A stretch of DNA of 64,000 nucleotides from Owenia fusiformis (lineage: Eukaryota). The position numbers and the translations under genes are program-made. Location: contig CAIIXF020000001.1 of the NCBI GenBank assembly GCA_903813345.2, forward strand, positions 32,178,001 to 32,242,000, in the 5' to 3' direction. Positions 42,731 through 53,526 of the stretch are shown piece by piece; the first letter of the stretch is position 1, and each line of letters begins with the position of its first letter. The notes below the pieces were generated by a model, which made no database searches, was not told the DNA's origin, and was given only the letters and a program-made list of their open reading frames with translations.

Positions 42731-44449
42731 ATGTATATCTTATCCATATTAAATGATTTGTTTACACAATGTTGCATTAGTTGTGTGGATGTACACTAAA
42801 AAACTTACATTTTTTGGTTTTGGTTTGACTCCCAAATAACTATATAAAGTATGGACATTTATTTAATTTGTTTTTAATAAATAATCCTGTCTGGTTGTGA
42901 TATAGTCATTTCACAGATACATCTACATAAAGCCTTGCCTGTGTATTTGTAATAATAACTAGTAAAAAACATTTCTTGAATATTGGGTACTTACTAAAGT
43001 GAATGAAGCTTATGTGTAACTATGTTTATTAAGAATGGTAATAAATTTAATTGTTATGAAGAATGTTGATATTATTCTTATAAAATGCACCTTTTACCAA
43101 TGTATTCCTAGTAACCTTGCGTTGTGCGCCGTGCGTTAACATTTCATTGATTAAAAGTGCAGTTCATTTCCATTTTTATTTTTACCAGAATGACGTTAAA
43201 AACTGACACATCTTGAATATTATTTATTAAATTTTGTTGGTGAGGACGTATTTATTGTTATGTTCATAATGGGAGCCAGGACTCGTATAGATGGCAGTTA
43301 ACTACTAGGTTGTTCTCTACAACTAGCCCATTGGTTAATGTGTAAATATTGCTGTTTTGAAACTTCAAATTCTCTGCATATATCAAATAAATATCATATT
43401 TTCCTTCATCATTATTTTAATTTACAAACATGTTTTAAGATTCACAATTAGAAGTTTGGGATATTTTCAATAAAATTTATCTGTGTCAATATCTATCTAT
43501 CTACCTGTTATTTAATTCGTAAATACTTTAAAACACTAGAGAGATTTCGCACATAAGTGAAAGTACAACTTATACGTATACGTATACTTTAAAGGGTCAT
43601 GTCGAACTATTATATTTACTAAAATCAATTTCAAATTGTACTTAATGGAACATAACTATTCCCGATATAGAAAAGCTCCATCAACTAGAAACTGTGAATG
43701 CACGTGTAGATTATGCACATTATACTTAAATGCTTACTTCCGTGTCCTAGTAGTTGTAGTGTATTATAAACACGATCTTTTAAAGTGAGTCATGATCCTT
43801 TAAAGCGTGTCATGACATAAACAAGTTGATTATTTCAAAGTTTTCATGATCAGTATAAGTTCAATGAACTTACAAAACCAACGGTATATATACGAGATGA
43901 TCAACGTATACAGTTGGATCTCCGTATAAAGCTTTACCTGCATGTGTGTGGAACAATTGACCGCAAGCATTTTTTAAAAACAATTGGCTGAGTAGGAACA
44001 GTATCAAATCAAATACTTAAACCATCAATTTGAAACACCAATCAAACTAGTAGGTTCTAGCAATTCCTGGAAACGACCCATTCAGTAGCTCAACAAATGA
44101 CATACAGGGTGTTTCATAACGAGCATCTCAAAAAGTAGTTGTCAAAAGGAGAGAACTGACCCACCCCTATTACATAACCCTTTGTTTTACTGTATAGTTC
44201 TATGAGGCGGTACCTTCTCATCCTAGAGAGGTCTATGGGGTGGTGCCTGTATAGCCTATATAACGCTATGGGGTGGTGCTCGCCTGTACAAATCAATGGG
44301 GTGGTGCCAGCCTGTATAACTCTATGGGGTGGTGCTCGCCTGTACAAATCAATGGGGTGGTGCCAGCCTGTATAACTCTATGGGGTGGTGCTCGCCTGTA
44401 CAAACCAATGGGGTGGTGCCAGTCATGCAACAAAACCCTTTAACTTTAT

Positions 44450-44544
44450 AAAAAACCAAAGAAACATTATGAGACCATTGCCAGGCTCGAACTCGCAACC
44501 TTCCGCTCAACAGCCGGACGGGTTATCCATTAGGCCATTGCTGC
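44450..44544 (-). ncRNA. Mirror copy of the tRNA-Asn-derived Pol III unit in the left TIR
   Basis: Exact reverse complement of 46475-46569. Confidence 0.6.
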
Positions 44545-45000
44545 CAACTGACAATATCTGTGTAAATTGTAGTAGTGATACGTTAAGTAAAGACACGTGA
44601 CTCAAACCTCCACGTGAGTCAGACGATCAGCTGCTGATATGTTGTTCAAACACAAGCCTGAAGGCTTCGACCGTTAATACTTAATTCACTTATCTATCGA
44701 TCATGAATGTTTATTACATGTACACTTTATAATATACTAGTACAGTAACCTCAGCGTTTACGAAATATTGATCTAGTCTACATCCGCTAAGATGGATTGT
44801 ATTTTCCAATATTATCCTCTTTCAAACATAGTTTTATATTTGAAATGGATTATTTATGTGATGATGCCAGAATGTTTATGAACATACCACAACATGGAAA
44901 GTATCAATTTAACACATATGGTTTAAGAGAAAGTAATAAAATACTTGATGTAGGAATTTTGGTCCCATCAGCTCAGGCTGCTCAGGCTGTTCATCTAAAA

Positions 45001-45262
45001 CCGGAAGTCAGCCATTTTGAAGCTTTCTAGCAGGAAGTCGGCCATTTTGAATTCTGTCTGGGCAAGAGGGTGACATCATAGCGGAAGTGAGGCTTTCCAG
45101 CAGGAAGTCAGCCATTTTGAATCTATCCGGGCAAGAGGGTGACATCATAGCGGAAGTGAGGCTTTCCAGCAGGAAGTCGGCCATTTTGAATCTATCCGGG
45201 CAAGAGGGTGACATCATCGCGGAAGTGAGGCATCTTTGAGTTAGGGTTAGGGTTAGGGTTAG
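45001..45262 (+). repeat. 69-bp tandem repeat x3 (GGAAGT, GCCATTTT and TGACATCA motifs) followed by (TTAGGG)3TTAG; mirrored at ~45757-46018
   Basis: Read directly. The 23-aa periodic ORF confirms the 69-bp unit. The telomere-type hexamers are at 45241-45262. Confidence 0.9.
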
Positions 45263-46474
45263 TATCCCCTCCCTACCTCCTCCCTACTCCCTCCCTACCT
45301 CCTCCCACTTCCTCCTTACCTCCTCCCTACCTCCTCCTTACCTCCTCCCACCTCCTCCCTACCTCCTCCTCCCTACCCCCTCCTTACCTCAGACCTCCTC
45401 CTACTTCCTCCCAACCTCCTCTTGCCTCTTCTCCATCTTCCAAACCTCCTCCCTCCCTTTACTTTAATATACAATAGTTTATAATGTCATCAATGCCTGT
45501 TTATATTTACAATTGATCTTAATTGACACATTTTGAACCAATCCAAATACTGCACTTTAGAATGTTCTTATATGGATAGAGAAGAGGCAAGAGGAGGTTG
45601 GGAGGAAGTAGGAGGAGGTCTGAGGTTAGGAGGCGGTAGGGAGGAGTTGGGAGGAGGTAAGGAAGAGGAGGGAGGAGGTAAGGAGGAGGTAGGGAGGAGG
45701 TAAGGAGGAAGTGGGAGGAGGTAGGGAGGGAGTAGGGAGGAGGTAGGGAGGGGATACTAACCCTAACCCTAACCCTAACTCAAAGATGCCTCACTTCCGC
45801 GATGATGTCACCCTCTTGCCCGGATAGATTCAAAATGGCCGACTTCCTGCTGGAAAGCCTCACTTCCGCTATGATGTCACCCTCTTGCCCGGATAGATTC
45901 AAAATGGCTGACTTCCTGCTGGAAAGCCTCACTTCCGCTATGATGTCACCCTCTTGCCCAGACAGAATTCAAAATGGCCGACTTCCTGCTAGAAAGCTTC
46001 AAAATGGCTGACTTCCGGTTTTAGATGAACAGCCTGAGCAGCCTGAGCTGATGGGACCAAAATTCCTACATCAAGTATTTTATTACTTTCTCTTAAACCA
46101 TATGTGTTAAATTGATACTTACCATGTTGTGGTATGTTCATAAACATTCTGGCATCATCACATAAATAATCCATTTCAAATATAAAACTATGTTTGAAAG
46201 AGGATAATATTGGAAAATACAATCCATCTTAGCGGATGTAGACTAGATCAATATTTCGTAAACGCTGAGGTTACTGTACTAGTATATTATAAAGTGTACA
46301 TGTAATAAACATTCATGATCGATAGATAAGTGAATTAAGTATTAACGGTCGAAGCCTTCAGGCTTGTGTTTGAACAACATATCAGCAGCTGATCGTCTGA
46401 CTCACGTGGAGGTTTGAGTCACGTGTCTTTACTTAACGTATCACTACTACAATTTACACAGATATTGTCAGTTG

Positions 46475-46569
46475 GCAGCAATGGCCTAATGGATAACCCG
46501 TCCGGCTGTTGAGCGGAAGGTTGCGAGTTCGAGCCTGGCAATGGTCTCATAATGTTTCTTTGGTTTTTT
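46475..46569 (+). ncRNA. tRNA-Asn(GTT)-derived putative Pol III unit in the right TIR
   Basis: A box TGGCCTAATGG, anticodon arm TCCGG-CTGTTGA-GCGGA, B box GAGTTCGAGCC, and a T6 run at 46564-46569. The acceptor stem does not pair, so this is not a canonical tRNA. Confidence 0.6.
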
Positions 46570-47907
46570 ATAAAGTTAAAGGGTTTTGTTGCATGACTGG
46601 CACCACCCCATTGGTTTGTACAGGCGAGCACCACCCCATAGAGTTATACAGGCTGGCACCACCCCATTGATTTGTACAGGCGAGCACCACCCCATAGAGT
46701 TATACAGGCTGGCACCACCCCATTGATTTGTACAGGCGAGCACCACCCCATAGCGTTATATAGGCTATACAGGCACCACCCCATAGACCTCTCTAGGATG
46801 AGAAGGTACCGCCTCATAGAACTATACAGTAAAACAAAGGGTTATGTAATAGGGGTGGGTCAGTTCTCTCCTTTTGACAACTACTTCAAAAAGTCAATTT
46901 GATAAGAGATAGGTCTATAACATACGTACTATATATGAGCCTATTTTATTCTAGACAAACACATTTGGATCAACTAAACATGCTACAATTCAAGAAAGAA
47001 CAAATGGCATCCCTTTGACCTTTATTTATTACAGTCCGAGAAGATCTTTCCTGACGAAAAGCCCACATAATGAAACACCTTGTACGTTTGGTTATAAGTA
47101 TAAGTATACGTTATAAGTTGTACTTTCACGCCGTGCGAAATCTCTCTACTAATGTAAAGTTCAAACGTATAATGTAAGTTAATCATCCACTCAAAATCTA
47201 AATTAATGAGTAGAGCAATATTACAGTAGCGACTGAACCTATTTTCAGCGTGGCGTTTTACATAATGTTACACAATATTTCCAAATGTTAATTTCGACTA
47301 ATTATGTGCTCTGTCATGGGACTAAACTGTTGAATGTTTCTGTAGAAGACATCGTAGTTCAAATATCAGTAGATCATTCGCACATTGTGTATCTGGAGAG
47401 TGCAACTTGTCAAGTGGACATTATGTACAGAGCAGATGTATGTAATCGAGGGACCATAAAAGTATGTCATTAAATCATTGAATGAAAATAGTGTAATAAC
47501 TGAGACCACCGTTACCCAACAATTATAGTGATCAGTCGCCTATTAGTAGCATTAAGCTATTATTAAAAATGCGTATATGCTTATACCTACGCCTAATGTA
47601 AAAGAAAGTGATCCTCGTGTTATAACAAGTGATCATGATATTAAATTTTCCCAATACACATTTCGAACATGTACTAACTTAAGATGGTATTTTGAAATTT
47701 GCAAAGTATGGATAATTTATATTTTGAAAACAAAATTCAATATGTTAAAGTTCATCCTCCTATCTCAGCTGCACATCTTCTTTGCTAACTTTATACATCA
47801 CGGGGCGATGCGCGCCATATGTCTAGTGTAAACCATCGTCCACGAGGCAATAATAGTGAAAATGGCAAAGTCTACCACAATATCAAACGTTTAAAGGCAA
47901 TTGTATT

Positions 47908-49094
47908 TTAAGAATTTCGTTTACACACTTTGGAATATAGTATAAATTCATTTTTGTCTATATTTGTGACAACACGTTTTACTTGTTTTATGTTCATTTT
48001 CGTAATCGAATCATTTGCCATTCTTCTTTTATTAATTGCGTCGATGCACTTACAGTATATATCATAAACCCTATTCACGTCTACCTTTTCTTTACCCTTT
48101 CTCTTTATTAGCAATCTGTATATCACGGCAATAAGATAAAATTGGAATTTATCCATCGGCCCAGTATTAATTTCTTGCAAATTGTTCGACAAATATTCGA
48201 AAGATGTTACATTTTTCTTGCTGGCTTTTGTTAGTCTCCTTCTAGTTTTTTTCACATTTAATTCCTTTTTTGGTTTACCATTGTTACAATTTTTTGAAGG
48301 GCAAGCACACGGTTGTTGACATTTAGCATTTTTGAAGAACATGGGCATCTTCTACCTACACAGCATAAGATTTCTTTTCCACTTCTTATTCGGTTGACAC
48401 CACACCTACAACCTTTTTTACTACCTCGATATTTCTTAATTACAGAGCGTGCCAAAGAATTTGCGTTTCTTTGAATCAAACTGTCATAATGACCTGCTGA
48501 GCCCGCATTACTTAAGGAAACGCTGATAATAGTTTCATTATCAACCGGTGAAGAAAGCGTCGGGGTTATTATTTCTATTGCGTTTTCATTGTCTGTAATT
48601 ACCACTATCGGCATACTAAAAACATTTGCTGCAGCAAAGGGCAAACTGTTCCCCAAATTAGAATCATAAAATGAATTTTGTAAAAAAGCAGTGGCCTCAG
48701 TTATTACCTACACTATTTTCATTGTCCGCGTTTAAGAATATTTGGTACGTCTCCGGATGCATCATCCACTATGGCGGATCAAAGTTGACATTTCTTTCAT
48801 TTCCATTGCACTTGTGAATCCCAAAGAATTTAGATGATCTTGAATATGTGATTCACCCTGCTCAAGTAACAATTTAATAATATTTGCGATCGCATGATGA
48901 AAACAATTTCCATCTCCCTGAACACGTATACGTTCAAACCCAAAGGCTTTTATATTATTTGATAGCCTGTTTTCATCATGGTTTCTTGAATTAGCAGATC
49001 TTGACAATTTCAAAAATTCTGTATCTATCAAGGGTAATGATTCAATGTCAAAAACGTCAACCAAATCTCCGAATTTTTTTATTTGTTTCGCCAA
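47908..49094 (-). pseudogene. Frameshifted OTU-like cysteine protease plus Cys-rich (CXC-like) domain gene inside the TIR element
   Basis: Three consecutive ORFs: VQGDGNCFHHAIA (OTU catalytic Cys motif), AGHYDSL (catalytic His motif), then CRCG...CCVGRRCPC / CQQPCACPSKNCNN. Frameshifts fall near 48700-48760 and 48330. Confidence 0.75.
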
Positions 49095-49416
49095 TGAATG
49101 AAAATGTGTTGCCCTTTGTAATAATTCTTGAAGGTTAATGCTACTGTAATCGTGCTCTTGATGTAAATCTTTTTCCGAAGAATAATTATTTCCCGACGAT
49201 ACATTAAAAAATATTCCTGTTTTTGATCGACATGTTTGAGACGGACCCTAATTTCAATTTGAAAATTCGCCAATTTCCCTTGGAGTTTACTTAAATGCCT
49301 TGGGTAACGAATGTACAATTGTATACAGATATATACTATATGTCTATTTGAAAAAACATTTTAGAATTTTTTTCACTTTTTAACAAAATCTATTTCACAC
49401 TTAAGTGGCTTTGAGT

Positions 49417-50375
49417 GTGAAGTGTATGGGAGATATGTAAATACATGTGAAGTATGTACCCCGATTACCCCGCCAGCCACGGTACGTATAGTAGGATGAA
49501 GTGTATAGTAGATGGGTAAATACATGTGAGAGTATCTACCCCGTTTACCCCACCAACCACGGTACGTAATATAGTAGGATGAAGTGTATAGGAGATATGT
49601 AAATACATGTGAAGTATGTACCCCGTTAACCCCGCCAGCCACGGTACGTATAGTAGGATGAAGTGTATGGGAGATGGGTAAATACATGTGAGAGTATCTA
49701 CCCCGTTTACCCCACCAACCACGGTACGTAATATAGTAGGATGAAGTGTATAGGAGATATGTAAATACATGTGAAGTATGTACCCCGTTTACCCCGCCAG
49801 CCACGGTACGTATAGTAGGATGAAGTGTATAGGAGATATGTAAATACATGTGAAGTATGTACCCCGTTTACCCCGCCAGCCACGGTACGTATAGTAGGAT
49901 GAAGTGTATAGGAGATATGTAAATACATGTGAATGTACCCCGTTTACCCCGCCAGCCACGGTACGTATAGTAGGATGAAGTGTATAGGAGATATGTAAAT
50001 ACATGTGAAGTATGTACCCCGTTTACCCCGCCAGCCACGATACGTATAGTAGGATGAAGTGTATAGGAGATATGTAATTACATGTAAGAGTATCTACCCC
50101 GTTCACCCCGCCAACCACGTTACTTACATGACTTATAGTAGGATGAAGTGTATAGGAGATATGTAAATACATGTGAAGTATGTACCCCGTTTACCCCGCC
50201 AGCCACGGTACGTATAGTAGGATGAAGTGTATAGGAGATATGTAAATACATGTCAGAGTATCTACCCCGTTTACCCCGCCAACCACGGTACGTAATATAG
50301 TAGGATGAAGTGTATAGGAGATATGTAAATGCATGAGTATGTACCCCCGTTTCCCCGTACCCCCGTTTACCCCAC
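49417..50375 (-). repeat. Subterminal minisatellite, ~60-bp units, sharing the GGGGTAAACGGGGTACATAC..ACATGTA core with the left array in inverted orientation
   Basis: Units read TACATGTGAAGTATGTACCCCGTTTACCCCGCCAGCCACGGTACGTATAGTAGGATGAAGTGTATAGGAGATATGTAAA. Confidence 0.9.
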
Positions 50376-51573
50376 CAATCTGTGCGAAGATGTGAAACAG
50401 GGGAATTAGGGCGAATTAGTAAGTACTACGTGCACGTGTAGAGGAGAATGCACAGGCAAAACGGATGTGGGCGAGATTCGCGCATGTAAGGGAGTTAGTA
50501 CTACGTATACAGGTACGTGCGCACGTGTGGAGGAGATTTCACAGGCATAACTGATGTGGACGAGATTTGATGAATTTTCGTGACTGCTTGCATCGGTCAC
50601 GATGTGTATAGGTACCTGACACATGTTGGACATTGAGCTTAGAGACAAATGGTGTGTCATAGTGTTCGTGGAATTACACAAGAGGAAACTACATATGAAT
50701 TGATGTGGCTTGCATGTGAAATGTAGAAATAAAGTTTGAGTGTATGTAATGAGAATTCCCAAATTTGTAGTGGACACAAGGAGAATTTCCATGGGTGTCC
50801 TAAATGGGAAAATGCTCTAAGTGTCGTGACTGCTTACATAGAACCTCTACCGATTTATGGCCTCTTGTAAATTCTCTTATTTTTAACATGGGAAATCCTC
50901 ACTTCAGCAAATCCACCTGTCATTTATTTATGTCCCCAACTGTACTCTACCGAGCTGACAGAAGTCAGCTCTGGGAAGTTGGATGTATGTGTACTTGAAG
51001 AGAATAAATCGAGCCCATTTTGACTAAACGCTGTGCTGAGTAGCGTTTATAATACACTATATATTTGAATCAATACATAACTTATTTGTTGTTACCTTAT
51101 TTTGTTCCTTCAACAGTCTGTTGTTGTAGTAAATCAATGTTCTATTAGACAACAAAACTTTTGAATTTAGATTCCAGCCATTTTAGGTCTCGCGAGATCT
51201 CTTGGCTTTCGAAAGTAAAAATCATGGTAAAAATTTACTACAAAATAACTCGCGTTAGCTAAATATGATAAAGTCAAATGATCTTTCAGCGGCAATACCC
51301 ATGCGCATAAAAAGTGCACGCATGCGTAAAAAGTTAAAAAAAAGGTGCGCGCCAGATCTGGAATTTCTCCACTTAACTGCAATTACACAACAAGTAGGAC
51401 TTATTGTCACCACGCGTCATGAAAAGGGCAAGTTACATTCAATTATCATCTTAAATACAGTTTCTTATTCCAGCGCGCCCGCTTTGAAGTTGGAGAAAAC
51501 CGCTTCACAAGACGGTATATTATAACGGTTCGTCAGCTGGCTTTTGAGCTAGCTGTGTTCAGTAAAGATAGAC

Positions 51574-52297
51574 TATGGTTAAAACAACCAAATAATGAAG
51601 TATTACCATGTGTCTACTTAGCAGTTTGTTCTATGTCATCCATCCTGCTAGGTTACATTGTGGAACTCCGCCAAACACGACACTGAAGGCAGTATTCTGA
51701 GGTTATAAAATCTAAATCTAAATAATTTCCCATTTGTAGCCCCTTGGAGATTTCCGGAATTGAACAAAGAAGCGAATGTTGCGATTTTTCAACTTTAGTT
51801 CGTTGTTTTTCACCACTTTATGTGTAGTGTTTTCATTTAGGAGGCGGTCTTATTTGAATGCATCATTTCAGGTCTTTAAGAATCAATAGATCAATAAGCA
51901 GACTAAAAATTCAAATTTAGCAGTTTCATTGCGTAATTGGGCCTTCTATAATCAGTAGCAAATGCTCGCAAAACGTTTTTAAAAATATTTACTACCGTTT
52001 TCCTTGAAAACATGGTTGGGTGACACGTCATTTAGTTACATGATCGATACAGTAACTAGTCACGTGATCAGACACATGTCACGTGATCACACACGTGTCA
52101 CATGTACAGTCATGTGAGCTTGCAAAATGGACGATCTAAATTTCCAAAAATTCTGCTAAGATCAAGATCGATATGCTGTTGCCTTCAGTGTCGTGTTTGG
52201 CGGAGTTCCACAATGTAACCTAGCAGGATGGATGACATAGAACAAACTGCTAAGTAGACACATGGTAACATTTCATTATTTCGTTATTTTAACCATA
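51574..52297. mobile_element. Foldback/MITE with ~118-bp inverted arms
   Basis: 51574-51691 is the reverse complement of 52180-52297, with a core of about 87 bp exact. The interior contains clustered CACGTG/TCACGTGA motifs (~52058-52100). Confidence 0.75.
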
Positions 52298-53526
52298 TGA
52301 ACTGGTTCACAGAAAAAAAAAAATGAGTGTAGGTCTAGCCATGGGCTTTGAACATAGTGAACACCATCCATTGATCTCTATAGGAAGAAGATACTTCTAA
52401 TAAGAGAGATCAATAGATGTTGTTCACTGTGGCTTTGAAGAGAAAGTCAACTCAAAATCTGCCCATGATCTTCTTTGGTAAGTAGATGGGTATATATGTG
52501 GTGAAACTCAATATGCAAAAAAGTCCGGAGGGGTCTTGATTGTGCTATCCTATGGCATAGAGCCTCTTTAACACCTTGAAAAGTCTTAACCCTTAACAGT
52601 TGATCTTATCGCTTTCTTAAAGACATGATCAGAATAGAGGAGCATAAAAGGTGTTCACTCTAAATAATATGGGTAGGAAGAATGTGTAGCACAGCCAATT
52701 TTGGCTTTGGGCATCAAGCATGGAAACTGGTATATAGCTGCCCTGCGATGAACGGAGAATCATATATCTAGTGATACATATAAACCCTATATTTGATCTT
52801 GTATGTTCTTTAATCCCCGTGAACCCAAAACCTCCATAAGTGGAACACCTCCTAACTTCCTAAGTGAAACGCTTTTTGGCAGAACGGAGGATGTTCCACT
52901 TATACAGGTTCTAATGTACATTGATTTTGCAAGCAAGGTACTTACCAGGTATTACATTTACTCTGGCTAAAATTGGACTTGTATGTTATCTCAAGAATAA
53001 AATGAAGTTTTATGACTCTCAGAGGAATTAGATTTGGAAACTTTCAATCTTGAGAGGAAATTGACATGGCAATTGAAATTGACAACAAAAAAAGGGTCTT
53101 TGTCGCAACTCTTGGATATTCAGTTGTATACCTTCATAGTAATAGTATACCTTTGATTTTCTGTCCATTTCTCCAAATATTTTCTCTAGGCCTACTGAAA
53201 AAAAGAAAAAGAAAAAAATGCAAGCACTGTCCACTGTCCAGGCACTTAGTCAAGTGTGGGTGCTCTGGAAAAAGTTTGGAACTTTGAATATACAATCATA
53301 TACATAGCTGTTTTTGGGACATATATCACTAAAGTATATCTCCCCAAAGAATAGCGTGTTATTGGGAGAGAACCATGAGAAGCAATATGAAAATTACAGA
53401 TTTTTGGAAAACACCATGGATATTCATGAAAATGCAGAGTAAAAACTTTAAAAATGGTTGTGAAAAATTAAAGCAAAATTGATTTTCCAGAGATTATACA
53501 CTGACTGAGTGAAATAAGAAGGGGAC

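Larger units (their letters stand above)
44134..46885. mobile_element. Non-autonomous Polinton/Maverick-like element: two ~1.3-kb TIRs (44134-45433, 45579-46885) around a 145-bp spacer
   Basis: Termini are AGTAGTTGTC...GACAACTACT, flanked by the 6-bp direct repeat TCAAAA (44128-44133, 46886-46891). The arms are almost identical, and the ORF track is mirror-symmetric. A 6-bp TSD, AGT-repeat ends and long TIRs are Polinton hallmarks. No coding genes are present. Confidence 0.8.
41531..50942 (-). mobile_element. 9.4-kb TIR DNA element (superfamily unresolved), TA-flanked, with inverted subterminal minisatellites; hosts the Polinton-like insertion
   Basis: Left end TA|CAGTTGGGGACAAAAATAAATGAAAGGTCGAT versus right end (reverse complement) CAGTTGGGGACATAAATAAATGACAGGTGGAT|TA, 29/32 identical. 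A second inverted match ATGTAAGCAGTCACGA occurs at ~41697 and ~50824. Confidence 0.8.

Noticed and set aside
45241..45780. True chromosomal telomere-fusion site
   Set aside because: There are only ~3.7 hexamers per side, embedded in a TSD-flanked element within a gene-containing region.
46475..46548. Functional tRNA-Asn gene
   Set aside because: The acceptor stem cannot pair and both the anticodon and T stems have a G-G mismatch. It is kept only as a tRNA-derived unit.
44114..46902. Mirror-image ORF pairs (77, 71, 77 and 69 aa)
   Set aside because: They are by-products of the palindrome and its tandem repeats, with no recognisable domains.
49417..50375. CRISPR-like array
   Set aside because: The units are fully tandem with no unique spacers, the context is eukaryotic, and there are no cas genes.
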